Part shown: piece by piece, positions 15,785 through 31,037 of the stretch | Layout of the letters: every line of letters begins with the position of its first letter | Position numbering within the stretch: the first letter of the stretch is position 1 | The notes under the pieces: generated by a model | The model's database searches: none | What the model was told of the DNA's origin: nothing | What the model saw: only the letters and a program-made list of their open reading frames with translations | Source of the DNA: the human T2T-CHM13v2.0 reference genome, Homo sapiens | Length of the DNA stretch: 64,000 bases | Direction: 5' to 3' (one strand) | Assembly: GCF_009914755.1 (NCBI RefSeq) | Contig: NC_060925.1 | Position numbers and translations under genes: made by a program

Positions 15785-15960
15785 GTGCCAGGGATTGTTG
15801 TAAGCAATCTATTAACTTCCTTAATTCCCAAAACACTCTGTGATGATTTTTATCATCCCTGTTTTACAGATGGGGAAATTGAGTCATAGATCAAGTAAGT
15901 GGCAGGGCTGTGATTTAAACCTAGATAATGTGGCCACAAACTGTTAGCCTCAATCACTGT
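15785..15960 (-). mobile_element. MIR SINE
   Basis: ATCCCTGTTTTACAGATGGGGAAATTGAG, GTAAGTGGCAGGGCTGTGATTTAAACCTAG. Confidence 0.8.
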
Positions 15961-16290
15961 ATGATCCTGTGCCTCATGGTGGGAGGAAAAATGGACATGG
16001 AATAGAACCATGCTGATAACTCGAAAATGCAGCCAGAATCTAGAAAACATAAAACTTGGGTCAGTTTCATTTAACAAGTAAGCTGTTTGCAACATATTTA
16101 GTATGCAAGTCCCTGGTGGTAGATGACGCATGCTTTCAATGCCTTATGTAAGGTTACTCAGATACATTTCATTTATTTTCAGGTATCTTCAGGAAATCTT
16201 AGTAACAGCAACCAAGGAAGGTGCAGCATCACTTTCCAGTTATCTTGTAATAGAATATCATGAGGCAAGTAAAAAAAGTCCCTGTAATAG

Positions 16291-16685
<395 letters not shown>

Positions 16686-17744
16686 TCCCCTCGTTGGTTT
16701 TAACTGTGTGTATTTTACAATGAGTTTTCACTTGTAGCTTATTGAAGGTCTGTCATTGTGATAGATTTGTCTTTTGTACAGCTTTTGCTTTCACACATGG
16801 CATCTATGTGGATACCTCTAGAGAATCTTTCCTATGCTGAATGCAGCCTTTTGAGTGGACGATGTGAAGCCAAGAGAGAGGGCAGAGAAGAGGTGGTGTG
16901 TGCAGGGGCATTAGTCTGTGGCTACTCCTCTGCTTGGCCATGGGGCCCCTGGGGAGTGCTGGAGTGGCCCTGGCCTGAGCAGGGCCACAGAGGCCCCACT
17001 CATTTCCCACTGCTGTTGTGCAGGAAAGCCACTTTGCTTCCCTTCTTCTTCAGATCCTCCTCACTGGCTGTTGAGAAGGAGAGATGCATATAATTACCAA
17101 CATAACTTGAGTGTCCATGACAAATGACCCTTCCAGCACTCTCCTAAACCACCAGCTTAGCCCGTTGAGTTTTACTAATGCTGTTTGATGCAGTGATAAA
17201 GCGGAAACATTGCTCTGCTACCTGCCCAGGATAGCATTGCCATGTAAAGGGCAAGTGATGTGGACTGAGACCACCATAATGCAGGTCTTCTTGGAAAAGT
17301 ATCTAATGCAAGGCAGAGTTGCATAAGGGGCTGAATAACCCTGGGTTATTCTTACTGTGAAAAATTCCCCTACTTTTTTCCCATAGTTACCTGGGCTATA
17401 TAAGAGGTATGCATGCTACGCAGGGGCCTCTGAGAGCTATAAATGACATAGGGTCAAATTGAACCATTTTCCCACCGACTGGGGTGTCAGAATCCCAACC
17501 AGCATGTGAAGAACACACCCTGCCTCCTCCAGCAGGACTCAGACGGGCCTCCTGTCTCGCACAGTGGTGGTTTAGAATGCATGTTGAATGCTTGGATCTT
17601 TCTAGACCAGGCTGTGTATGGGAAGGGGAATATTGGCAAGAGGGAGAAGGTTTTCCTGTTCAAGCATACTACAATGGGAAAGCAAAGTTATGTTTCTTAG
17701 TACATCAACAGTTATAGGTTGGTGGTTAAAAAAGATGCTGAGCA

Positions 17745-18144
<400 letters not shown>

Positions 18145-18814
18145 TCATGAATCATCCAGTAACATGATTTGTGTGTATGTGTGTGGTCCTCATTGTGACC
18201 ATGAATTTCAGTCCCCTTAAGGAACAATTATTTCTTTGCTGGTGGAAGGAGCCTGGGTCAGTGACAGTGGGGCATGGTACTTACCCCTCCCATGGTCTCT
18301 GTCACCTTGTCATCATGCCTTTGTGCTGGTGGGGCTGACCTCTAGTTCTCTAGCTGGAAAATAATTTATAAGAGAGCAAGCATGGGGGCATAACAGTGCA
18401 GATGTTAAGGCTTCTAATATCTACTGTGAGATATCCTTTCCTCAACTCATAATTTCTTGGTGAGGAGGAAGAACAGGCGTGAACCTGAGGGTTGTGCTTC
18501 GTTTAGACTTGACAAGAATGTCAAAGAGTTTATGATCTTGCAATAAATGTAATTTTCCGTAAATTGGTAGCAAATGATGTTTCTCGAAGGGGAGTCCCCT
18601 AGAAGAATGGGTTATCTTTGAAAGCAGTGCTTCTGTTTATCTGTACAGATAAGATGTGCGACGTGGCATCCATTTGAATAAGTAGGAAGGATCAAAGGAA
18701 GATAATTCTACTCTTTATTTGTCATCTTTAGATTGATTTTAAGTAATTTTTTTGTAAGGCAAAGATCTCTCATTTAATACTGATAAGTTGTGTGGGAAAA
18801 TATTTGTTTTTAAC

Positions 18815-19020
18815 CTTTCTTATTATGAAATGTAAAATCCACACAACATCTAGAAACAGTTAAATAACAAGTGAACACTTTTTAAATCATGACCTGAAAT
18901 AGAACTTTATGAGTATCACAGACTCTCAACATGCTTACCCCTTCCCTAATAGATAGCCACTATCCCAACTTTTGTGATAATCATTTATTTGTGTTACTTT
19001 TTAATTTTACCACTTTTGCA
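18815..19020 (-). mobile_element. L1ME 3' UTR fragment
   Basis: AAATAGAAC, AGCCACTATCCCAACTTTTGTGATAATCATT, TTTTACCAC. Confidence 0.55.
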
Positions 19021-19034
19021 CTGGATATATTTTA

Positions 19035-19383
<349 letters not shown>

Positions 19384-19553
19384 TGATTTTGTTGTTGTTC
19401 TTGTTCATTTAGTTCTGCTAGAAAGAACCATGGCCTAGGAGACAAGAGACTGTGATTATTTTTATTCTCCAGCTCAATCTAGTTTTGTCATTTAAAGTCT
19501 CGGGGCTTATTTTCTTATATGTGGAAAAATAAGTGGGAAATTTTTTATTAGAT

Positions 19554-21160
19554 TGGTGGTTTCATAATTATTTTCTTTTAAAAGTCAGATGAAGTTTATG
19601 AAACCACAATATAAAAACAAACTATTTATTTTCTAAGTTCAGATGTATACAGTTTACTCATTATAAAGTCAACAAATGAGAACACATTGACATGCTGGCA
19701 GTATTCAGCATGTAAACATTTGGAATCTGGAGTCCCCTAGCTTAAAAGTAATTCTACTTTAAAAGTATGTAATAGTTGAATGTGCCAAAGCCAATAAGCA
19801 CATGAGAAGATGTTCAACTTTGTTAGTTATTAGGGAAATGCAAACTCAATCTGCAATGAGATACCACTTCACATCCACCAGAATGACTGTAATAAAGGCA
19901 GACAAGTGTTGTCAAGGCTACAGAGAAATTGAAACTCTCATACACTGCTGGGGACCTGGTATAGCTGCCACGGAAAACAGACTAGATTTCCTTCAAAGGT
20001 GAAATATAGAGTTACCATATGAACCAGCAATTCCACTCCTATATATACCCTAGAGAAATGAAAATATATATCCACACAAAAACTTGCTCATGAATGTTCC
20101 TAGCAGCATTATTCAGCCAAAAAGTGAAAACAACTCAAATGTCCATCAGTTAATGAGTGGATGAGCATGATATGCTGTATCCATACAATGGAATGTTATT
20201 TGGTCATAAAAGGGAAAGGAATACTACCATATATACTACCACATGGATGAGTCTTGAAAACATTATCCTGAGTGAAAGAAACCAGTCACAAAGGACAACA
20301 TCTGTGGGATTCCACTGATATGAAATATCCAGAATAGGCAAATCTATAAAGGCAGAAAGTAGATGAGTGGCTGTCAGGGGCTAAAGGCAGTGGGAGGATT
20401 GGGTGGCTAAGGGATGCAGAGTTCCTTTTTTGGGGGGATAAAAATGTCCTTAAATTGATTGTGGCAATCAACTGTGTACTTTAAATGGGTGAATTGTATG
20501 GTTTATGAATTATATCTCAAGCCATTATTTAAAGAGTTGAATGTGCAAAAGTGAGATCATAGTCTTACATGATATTAAGTAGGGAGTGAGTGGTAGAGAG
20601 GAAAGATCCTGTTCCTGAGAAGAAGATACCATGACAATATCTCTGTGAGAGGTACTTGGTGTCTATCTCATGGGTTCCTTTTCTTCTACACTGTTTATGA
20701 CTAGAGTCACCTCTTCTGGCATGCCTACTGCCTAATGACTGTCTTCATTACCACTAACATTCATATCTCCAAAATATTTCTATTTAGATTCATTTTTACA
20801 CAGCGCAAAACACTAACAGATTCAAATAATTTGACAGACTCTATGGTACTGAAACTATGGTGGCTTTGACGAAATGGAATCATTGTCTGGCAGGCAGTGC
20901 TGTGTGACGTGCTAGCTCACAACGTGTGTGCAGAGATGCAGGCGAGTTAACACTCAGTGATGTGTAGGCGATGTGTGCCTGAAAGTGAGGTTTGTTCAAG
21001 AGCTAAACATAGAAAAGTGGATGACTGTCTGACTCTAACACATTTGAATGTGTATGTTTCTGTAAGAAGAGTTTTGATAAGTTCGAAATCTAAAAAAAGA
21101 AATCAGAATGAAGTGTTCATGGAACCCTGAAGCACCGTTGCAGAACAGTTTGTAAACCAC
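19554..21160. mobile_element. hAT-Charlie (Charlie4-like) DNA transposon relic split by L1MB
   Basis: Right end GGAACCCTG..CAGAACAGTTTGTAAACCAC and left end TGGTGGTTTCATAA resemble Charlie inverted termini; interior not verified. Confidence 0.45.
19786..20534 (+). mobile_element. L1MB7-like ORF2 end and 3' UTR
   Basis: ORF 19802-20002 (MRRCSTLLVIREMQ..MRYHFT) is the L1 ORF2 C-terminus; 3' UTR ATCCAGAATAGGCAAATCTATA; TSD AGTTGAATGTGC at 19774 and 20535. Confidence 0.9.
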
Positions 21161-22039
21161 AAAGTTTAATTACACCTAACGTCTTTTTTGGCTTTCATAT
21201 TTTATTGTTTTATTTCATTTATAGCTACATTTGAATATCTGTTTATCAGCTTTCATCCAAAAGACTTGATGGATTGATTTCTGATATGTGCCATCTTGGT
21301 AGGGTAATTATTGTGCTTGATTATTTAGACAGTAGAGCTTAAAATTAACTTTAGTGGTATTGCATAATGGAAACTTTTTATAAGGCCATGCAAATTTATT
21401 ATTAAGTGAATCATCACAAATTAAGTTGTGACTAGTTCACCGCTCTGTGAACTTGAATTCTCTCTTGCAGAACACACAACACTGATGCCCCAATTGGGGG
21501 TGTCTGAAATACCCCAGCACAAAATCCATTTACTCACAGAACTTATTTATGTTCTCCTTATAAAATTGGAGACAATAAAGGCTTAATTAGGGATAACATG
21601 TTCAACTTTCTCATTTCCAGATGTGTAAATAGAGTGAAATCAGGCACTCCTAGTTGGTGGAGTTTGTTGATAAAATCTTTGAGATAATTTTAGGAATTTG
21701 GAATTAGACCATATTTGTTCCTGGGGAAGTGGATTAATTATTATAAGCTTACTCTGAACCATTACAGGTGTCTTTGACTTACCTTGGACCATAGGATTTC
21801 TCTGGAGTATCTGCATAAAGTCCATCTATAATACAATGACCTGGCCTCACCTTACCCAGCCTCTTAGTATCCTTCAGATATGCAGAGCTAGGCCGAGCTC
21901 AGTGTCTTCTTTATTAGCAGCTGCAGATTAGGGAGTGCATCTGCTGTGTTATAGTCACTTTTGGAAGCATAATGCAATGGATTTATGTATTGTCCTGTTT
22001 AAGGACATTTATATTGTTTCATTTTAAAATTTTTCTCAT

Positions 22040-22402
22040 AGAAAATCATTCTGCAATGCACAATCTTGTACATGTCTTCTTGTGCAAAGTGTGAGAACAG
22101 CTTCTGGATGTATTTAGGAATGGAATTGCTCAGAAATAGAGCATGCACATATTTTGTTTCTTTTTCTTGTCTGGCTGTAGCTGCTAGAATTTCTAGTACC
22201 ATGGTTTATAGAAACAATGTTGGTAGGTGTCCATGTCTCCTTCCTGACTTCAAGAGGGATTTCTAATGTTTCATCATTAATTAATGTGTTTGCTGTAGGA
22301 TTTTGGTAGAATCTCTTTGTTGGGTAAAGGAAATCTTCTTATTCCTTGTTTGGTGAGAATTTTTATCGTAAATGATGGTTGAATTTTTTCAAATTCCTTT
22401 TC
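22040..22402 (-). mobile_element. Old L1 ORF2 fragments (RT domain and 3' region)
   Basis: ORF 21999-22202 MVLEILAATARQEKETK matches L1 RT IVLEVLARAIRQEKEIK. Confidence 0.85.
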
Positions 22403-22536
22403 AGACAACTTGTTTTGATCCAGTCCTCTGAGATCTTCCTAATGAGGCGTCCCCCAAATTGCCTATCATCTCATGTTTATGGGGTAGTCTGGGACCTTTA
22501 GTGACTTAAATTTAGCCTTCATATCTTGGGTGCAGT

Positions 22537-22940
22537 TGTTAAGAGAAAAACTGGGGAGTATAATGCCTCCCCTGGTTCCCCAACTGGGAAGATGTCCAGA
22601 GACCAAGGAATGACTCAAACAAGTCCAGCTTGGCAAGCGGATGAGTTTATTAAGACTTACATATGGGGACCTTCTGGGCGGCAGCGGGACAGCTTTAGAG
22701 ATCGGCCCTGCCTGCCATTTTTAAGCTGCTTTTAAGCTAATTTTCTGGCTCTTTGCCTACAGTGTGTGTGCAATGGAACTCTTTTTGCTATGTTCCCGGA
22801 TCCTCTCCAGGATGTTTGGGTTCTCAGAAACACCTTCTTCTTGGCTGGGCACTATGGCCTTGGTTCACCACTTGGACCTCAGGGTTCAAGCAGTGGACAT
22901 ATGCCCTTAAGTAACCTGATGGGGGACCTGTCACACTACA
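22537..22940 (-). mobile_element. ERVL-class solo LTR (LTR32-like)
   Basis: Minus strand begins TGTAGTGTGACAGGTCCCCCATCAGGTTACTTAAGGG, has AATAAA, ends ACA; flanks GCAGT/GAAGT; family name from memory. Confidence 0.75.
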
Positions 22941-24249
22941 GAAGTCATGTAACTTTCAGTTAACAACTGTGCCAGGATTTTCACTTCCCCAGGACACTTG
23001 TGGGATTTGCAAACAACAGATCCCTTCTTACAGCCAGCCAATCAGATATATTCTTACCTAAGTGGCTCCTCACTGGAGATGCCTTATGACCAGGTGGGGC
23101 CCCCATTGCCCTGACTGCCTCCTTGGGTCTTTCTGAAGCCCTGGGTGGCTGTCCTCAGCTTCTTGGGCATGTAGGGTGGCTCCAGCAGCCTGAGGGAAGG
23201 CATACACACTTGAGCACACCTGAGAGGGGCCTGAGCCCCGCTCTGTCCTATTTCTCATGTTCTTATGCTGAAGAGTTTGCCAGGAGCTTGTATGAAACTG
23301 AAGTGCTAGAGTCTGTTATTCATGGACAAAAAGGGGAATGCTGTATTTTTGGTAATATCCCAATGCCCTATCTAAAGGAAAGTCAAACAAGGCTGGAAGC
23401 TGGGGCTTTGAATTAAGAAAATGGCCTCATGCTCCATTTATCTAAGGTAAATTTGAAGAACACTTCTGGGGCTTGGGTCCCTGGGAAGGAAGCAATATGG
23501 TAGGATAAAGGAGAATACCCAGTAATCTGGGGTGTACCACAGGGCATGGAGGAAAGGGGAACCCTACAACCTGACTGCTGCAGTGCTGCCAGGGTTCCTG
23601 CCACCCTGTGATGAGGAGCTCTTCATTGGTGGGGCAGTTGGGAAGAGCATGCTGCTCTCTTTGGGCAAAGAGATTTCCCATGTCATAGACTTTGATCTCG
23701 TCCGCACTGTGAGCTCCAGGTCAGACACACAGAGGGACCGCTAAGCCCTAGAGTGCAACACTTCACTGCCCATTAACAGTTTATTTTATTTTTGCCTGCC
23801 CTTGTTTCACTGGAAGCTAGGTATGGAGAGAGAATGCCAGAGGTATCATTACCTCTCACTTTTCTCTAATACAGATGGAAACCAGCATTGCAGGTAATTT
23901 CGGGGGCCTCTCGGTAGCACCGGCTCCCCACTGGGAAAGACATGCATTAGATGCCTGCCTGAAAAACTGGCCGGCTCTCAATAGGTTTAGACTATCGTTC
24001 GAACACCTTCTTCCTTGAAAAAAGAAGGTTCAGTAGTTCCTCGGTGTTCTTAAACTTAACATTCACAGTTTGTCTTCAGTGAGTAACCCTTAAGGTCCCT
24101 AACCAGAAATTCATAAATTTGCCAGGGCACAAAAGTACCTGCATTTCCCTATTGTTTTGCTGTTCTGATTTGATGATGCAGAAATGTAAATCAATGTGAA
24201 TCACTATGTAAAACATAAATTGAGTCATTCCTTGAAAACTCTCTGAGAA

Positions 24250-24370
24250 TTCCCATTGCATTTAGGCTGAAACCCAAACTTTCTGACATGAGCTGATGGT
24301 AGCCACAGTGTCAGGGTCCCGCCTGTATCTCTGATCTCATTCCATCCTGCTTTGGCTCACAGGGACTTTC
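24250..24370 (+). mobile_element. L2 fragment
   Basis: TCCCATTGCATTTAGGCTGAAACCCAAACTTTCTGACATG. Confidence 0.6.
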
Positions 24371-24417
24371 TGCAACTCTTACCCTCTCCTCAACTTTGGA
24401 GAGCTTTGTCTTTCCAA

Positions 24418-24758
24418 TGTAGACCCTGTAACTCAACTTTGGAGGAGATTCCTCCAAATGCTGTAGCTGCTTTGCCTACAGCAGCCAGTGGCTGGAATTA
24501 ATGTCCCTGGCTGTCCCCAGCCTCCCATAACTGTCCAGTATGGAAGCATGAAAGCCCAGTTCACGCTTTCACGGGGCAGAACTTACCGTGTAGAGTTCCA
24601 CTGGAGTCTCCCGTGGCCCCCTTGCTTGGTTTTCACCCCATGCCTGTCTTGCTTTGTCCACACCCTCACTAGCCTCCTAGGAGCACTTCCTTCCTAATCC
24701 TCTTGCACTGGACTCTTCCTTTTAGGGCCCGTGCCTTGGGAATCCAACCTAAAATACA
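24418..24758 (+). mobile_element. LTR16/LTR33-type ERVL solo LTR
   Basis: TGTAG start, GGAGCACTTCCT..CTCTTGCAC, end GGGAATCCAACCTAAAATACA. Confidence 0.6.
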
Positions 24759-24790
24759 TCACCCAACTCAAATACCCCCTGTCTGACCAG

Positions 24791-25718
<928 letters not shown>

Positions 25719-25779
25719 CTATAGGTCTAGCTGCCCTGGAGACTCTATCATATTCCTTGTGCTATTTTCCTCAGAGCTT

Positions 25780-26545
25780 TCTGAATGTTTGATACATACA
25801 CAACAATAGATGTAACATATACTTAAGTTATAAAGTCTAGTAATAAAGTAAATACGAGTGAAACATGCATCCAACTCGAGAACTGGATCTTGGGTATCCC
25901 CTATTCCACCCTCAGACGTCCCCTAACCTGAATTTTGTGTTTATAATTTCCTTGCTTGTACCACTATACATGATTCCCTGGCCAATAGTTCTAAATGAAC
26001 CCTGTAGTTTAGCTCTGGAGTTGAACAATGAGAACGCATGGACACAGGGAGGGGAACATCATACACTGGGGCCTGTCGGGGGGTTGGGGGAGCTAGGGGA
26101 GGGATAGCATTAGAAGAAATACCTAATGTAGATGACGGGTTGATGGGTGCAGGAAACCACCATGGCACGTATATACCTATGTAACAAACCTGCACGTTTT
26201 GCACATGTACCCCAGAACTTAAAGTATAATAATAAAAAAAAAAAGAAAAAAAGAAAAAGGTGCACTGTGGGTAGACTCTTGGGACTAGCCGTTTGCAATT
26301 AGCATTGTTTCTAAGACACCTATGTGGTTGCATTTAGCTGTGCACGCTCATTTTTGTTACTATCTAAATATTCCTTTATGTGAATATATAAGCATATATC
26401 CATTCTCCTGTCTGTGGACAACTGGGTTGTTCCTGGTTTGTGATATGAGGAACATGCTTCTTTGAACATTCCTATTGTATCTCCTGGCGCCATATGCAAG
26501 AGTTTTTCTGATGGGTACTCCTAGAGATGGAATTACTGGGCTGTT
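25780..26545 (-). mobile_element. L1ME 3' fragments interrupted by an L1PA
   Basis: TAACCTGAATTTTGTGTTTATAATTTCCTTGC; TATCCATTCTCCTGT..TGGACAACTGGGTTGTTCC; CCTAGAGATGGAATTACTGGG. Confidence 0.65.
26018..26258 (+). mobile_element. L1PA (about PA7-8) 3' end
   Basis: GAACAATGAGAACGCATGGACACAGGGAGGGGAACATCA..CCCAGAACTTAAAGTATAATAATAAAA. Confidence 0.95.
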
Positions 26546-29259
26546 TTGTTTTCCTATGTATGCCTCTGAAAACATCTTGTTCATTGGCTTGTTTCCTGCT
26601 CACTGTCTGTCCACTTGCCTCTGTACCAGTGTCAGCAGGCCTTTGTCTCAGTCTTGGTACATGTTGGATATAGACCTACTATACCCATAAACATGAATGA
26701 CCCAGTTCTAGATGACCAGTTTTTTGAAACAGACCCTCCAGAAATCAATAACTATCTATTCTTGTAATGGCAGTGAAGAAAAAAAGCAAGGAATACTGGG
26801 AAACTGGGATGATTGTTAGCCTGAAAATAGAAGTTTTAAGGGAGGAATTAGATGCCTCAGCTATATTTTTAAACGAGGGGGTTTCTGACTGTCAAGGTCT
26901 ATTATTAGTTAAAGTTAAAAGGGTTTTCTCTTCCAGCTGCCGCTGTATTTGGGTAAACAAAAATCCTGTGTAAGACTTCAGAATCTCAGTAAGCAGGGTA
27001 ATGTCGGTATTAATAAAAATGTTAGAGTAAAATTTGCCAAGAGTTAGTGTGTTGATAATAGATATTGACTGCAGAGGGACTATAGCATATATTTGGGTAA
27101 CAAATTTGATATGTGGTGTTGTGTTTGGTATCATGAAAACATAAGTAATTGTTGAATTTCTCTTAAAAAGCCAGCTCTTTAGAAGGGGTGGGGAGGTTTT
27201 ATCAGATGGTAGGGTTTGGAAATTTAGGGAGATGTTTAAGTGTAACTTAAAACCTTACTTCGTTGATTCCAGTTGTTTTAACCCCACATTTTTAATTTAG
27301 TGTTTGGCTTCTATTGGCTCTAAGTCAACTATCTAATGAACACGGCACTGCTGGGAAGGGGCACTGCCGAATTTAGCGTATGGTTTGTGTCTTGGAGAAA
27401 GTTGTTCAGTTGACTTGGAGAGGAATGCGTGGGAATGCAGTTCCAAGAATCACTGACACAGCTCTCCTGGGAACCCACTTCAAATATGTAGATAACATAA
27501 CAGTCGGCATGCTTGGAGTAAACAATTCCCACTGCTTTGCAGGATGCGCTCCTTCTTATAGCACTTTGTTGTACTGCCAGCTGTTTTTCTTGACTAGTTC
27601 AATTGTGACAATGTAAACCTTTTAAAAATGCATTTTTTCACCAGTTTCTGTCCACTAGCAAAAATTTGCTCCTAGCTCCACTGAGAGTTGGGCTTTTTTG
27701 AATTGTCATGTTGCCAGTTTTCTTTCACTTGGAGGATGTGTTCATCTATTTCCAGAATGCATTTTAAGTATTACCCTCATCTATTCTAGTAGTTTTGTTC
27801 CTGAATTTTAAACTACAGATTAATCATCCCATTTAATCTTTTTTAAAAAAAGATTATAGTTTGGAGACACAGCTTCTTTTGGAATTTCTTTCTGGTTAAA
27901 AGTTAGAATAATTGCCTGCTTATAATTAGTTTAGTGTTGAACATAATACTTGTTAAAATCTAAAATTGCCCTTAATTTTATACCAGCTTTAAAGTTTGGG
28001 AGCTGCAAATGCCCTTTGTTCTGGGGATGGGGATGATTAATGCCTGGAAAAAACTATGAGCAAACTTCAGGGTCAATCAGACAATAGATATCTCATTATC
28101 TATTGAAAATATAGATGTGAAATCTCAGGAAACTCTTTTTACTTAAAAATATTAAGTGCCAGAAAAGATTAAGGCTACTATGCTGAATTGCATATTTACA
28201 TGAGAGATTGAGAAATCTTTCTTTTTAATTGACAAATTAAATGATTTTTAGAGCATTTTTAGTTTGGGTTAATAATTAAGCAGATAAGTGAGAACTTTGT
28301 TAGTCTTGCTAATTTTGATAAAATTCCCTATTTCTATTACTGTAAGAGGAAAAGGGTGTGCACCTGTTCTGGTAATACCAACAGTATCCAATGAAAAAAT
28401 ATTATGAGGGTATGGGGGTAGGGGTGGAAATACACACAAATTATCTGTTGCTTTGTGTATTCTTTTTTCAATCTTTTCCTCTAAACTTGAGCCCCTCACA
28501 ATTCACGTTCCTTCTGTTCAATGACCATTTTGTATCTTCAGTTTGAATTTATCTGAGAGCAGTCATGCAATTAAGATTTCATTGGTGATCACATTTTAAG
28601 TTTCATTATGAGTAACTTTTCACTAAGAGATGTCTGCCAACCTCATGGTGAATACATCATGTAAAATCAGCTCCTGGATTAGAAGAGCCATTTCTTAACA
28701 TTTGTACATTCTCCTCATGGTATACCTGGCACATTATCCTTGTGCCTTGAATGTTTGTTGAACTGAATCCTTTGCGATCCCGCAACACTGTGGCTATCAG
28801 AGAGTCACAAAGTTTAAACTGGATCTAGCAAAGTCCAAGCGAGTATAGTTTCTGCAAAAGCTTCTTATGTTGGGATAACAGTTAGTGATGGGATGTTGGC
28901 CAATTTCAATGGTGTTTTATTAAACAGACCTCCACTAGTTACCTTGATTTGGCCTTGGCCTTTTCATGGCACCCTATCTGGTTTTATTCAGGCCAGAGTT
29001 AATGATAGTTAGGAAGTCATGTGGTCGAATCATCTGGAAATTTTGCATAATATGACAGTTTTCTCCTGAAGCAAGTTCCACCGCATGTCGTGTCACACAT
29101 ATATTATGGTGGAGATGACATGGGCCTGCAGATGGACTTCGGCTGAAGTGTTCAGGGTCTCATCAAGTCAGATGGTAGGATAAACAAGATAGTTAATAAA
29201 ACAGCTTCTAACCTCTCTTTTTAAAAGGAGATTGGTTTTCACTGAAATACGTGCACGTG

Positions 29260-29529
29260 CAGGAACAGAAAACCAAACACCGCATATTCTCACTCATAAG
29301 TGGGAGTTGAACAATGAGAACACATGGACACAGTGAGGGGAACATCACACACTGGGGCCTGTCGGGAGCGCTGGGGGATGTGGGGGAGAGCATTAGGACA
29401 AATACCTAATGCATGTGGGGCTTCAAACCTAGATGACGGGTTGATAGGTACAGCAAACCACCATGGCACATGTATACCTACGTAACAAATCTGTGCATTC
29501 TGCACATGTATCCCAGAACTTCAAGTAAA

Positions 29530-29538
<9 letters not shown>
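29260..29538 (+). mobile_element. L1PA (about PA8-10) 3' end
   Basis: CAGAAAACCAAACACCGCATATTCTCACTCATAAGTGGGAG..ATACCTAATGCATGTGGGGCTT..poly(A). Confidence 0.95.
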
Positions 29539-29572
<34 letters not shown>

Positions 29573-29606
29573 TATATATATATACACACACATATATATA
29601 TATATG
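29538..29606. repeat. Compound (TA)n(CA)n microsatellite in the L1 tail
   Basis: Read directly. Confidence 0.95.
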
Positions 29607-29639
29607 TGCATGTGGTATGGTTATTGTAAACACAAGTTT

Positions 29640-29842
29640 ATTGAAAAAGGCAGCATGGGAGAATAGAAAGATTTTGGGTTTTGAAGCCAGCTAGACTTGC
29701 ATTTCAATCCTGTTTCTGGCTGTGTGGGTTTTGGACAAGCCAATCTGAGCTTCCATTTTTCTCTCATAAAAATAATGATAATTATACCGACTTCGTAGGA
29801 TTGTTACCAAGTGTCTAGTACACAGTAGGCATTAAATACTAA
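29640..29842 (+). mobile_element. MIR SINE
   Basis: TTTTGAAGCCAGCTAGACTTG, GGCTGTGTGGGTTTTGGACAAG, CTAGTACACAGTAGGCATTAAATA. Confidence 0.75.
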
Positions 29843-30259
29843 GACCTTTGTGATTTTATTGTCGTTGGAATTGCCCTGCCCTTTCAGATCTGGATAAGAT
29901 TGCCTTTGACCTCTATTTTTCAGATTTTGGGAAATCCAGCCCCCTACCCCAAATTTTGTGAATTCTTCAGGTTCATACATTTTTGTGTTCACTTCTGTTC
30001 CCAAGCTCTAGCTTCCTCTGAATGAATTTTCCTCTTCGAGTGAGCAAATCAAGTAGGATAAATTGTTCAAAGCATTTCTGGAGTGTTCAGAGAGTCAAAT
30101 GTATTGGGAGATAATTATACTTTGAAAACTTAGGCAATAATTGATACCAACCATGATAGAGGAAATATTTTTAGAGCTGCATAATTTGTTTGAAAGGTGT
30201 CGCTTATTTTCTATGCCTATCTATATCCTTGAAATTTTGGGAAGTTAAAAGACAGTTTT

Positions 30260-30362
30260 AGTTTGAGGCTAGCCTGAGCAACATGCTGAGACCCCGTCTC
30301 TACAAAAAACAAACAAAAACAAAAACAAAAACAAAAACAAAAAACCAAAAACAAACAAAAAA
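30260..30362 (+). mobile_element. Alu/FLAM 3' fragment with (CAAAAA)n tail
   Basis: AGTTTGAGGCTAGCCTGAGCAACATGCTGAGACCCCGTCTCTAC. Confidence 0.85.
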
Positions 30363-31037
30363 CCCCCGAAAACAAAGCAAGAAAATTTTAAAGGAGGTAG
30401 AATACAAGCTTTGAGAAGTACATGGTATGGCTGGTCAGTTTACAAGGGTGTGTTGATGAGATTTAGCAGTTAGGCCTCAAAACATACTTGAAGCCAAGTG
30501 CCATAAACACAATAAAATAATGGCTCATTTAATAGGATTAACCATAGGTAGCATTCCAACTCTGAGGGGAAGAATACAAGACAGTAGCAGAAAAATTGTC
30601 AAATTCCATTAAGAGTGGAATGAAGGCTTTTTTCTTCTGTGAAGTGTGATGAAGTTTCCCTCCCACACACCTGTTATACATTACCACAATGTATTTGATT
30701 AGTTTAACTTTTATTTTGACTTCTCCATTAATTTCATTGGAACATTAAGATATTTTATAGCTTATCATTGGCTATCCTATTTCCTTGTTTTCATGTGAAA
30801 TGAAGTCCGAGCTACTTCAATGCTATCTTGAAATGCTGCCTTTCTGGGAATTTTTAGGTGAAGAAGATAGATGTGAGTATTTTCAAATACATGAGCCGTT
30901 GCCATGATTAGTTACATATGCTGGCCCATTTTCCACCCGAGATAGCTCATTAGGGGGGTTTTGTGTTATAAGATGAGTTTGAAGGCTCAACTTAATACAG
31001 TAACTGCTACTGCTGTTGTATTAGTATTATAAAAGCA

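Noticed and set aside
23442-23744. Exon-like unique sequence with 70-79 aa ORFs on both strands
   Set aside because: No recognisable protein similarity, no good splice sites, and no poly(A)/TSD to indicate a retrocopy
28082-28105. Short 8-9 bp hairpins (also 34691-34711, ~39828-39850, ~48139-48156)
   Set aside because: Stems this short are expected by chance in AT-rich DNA of this length
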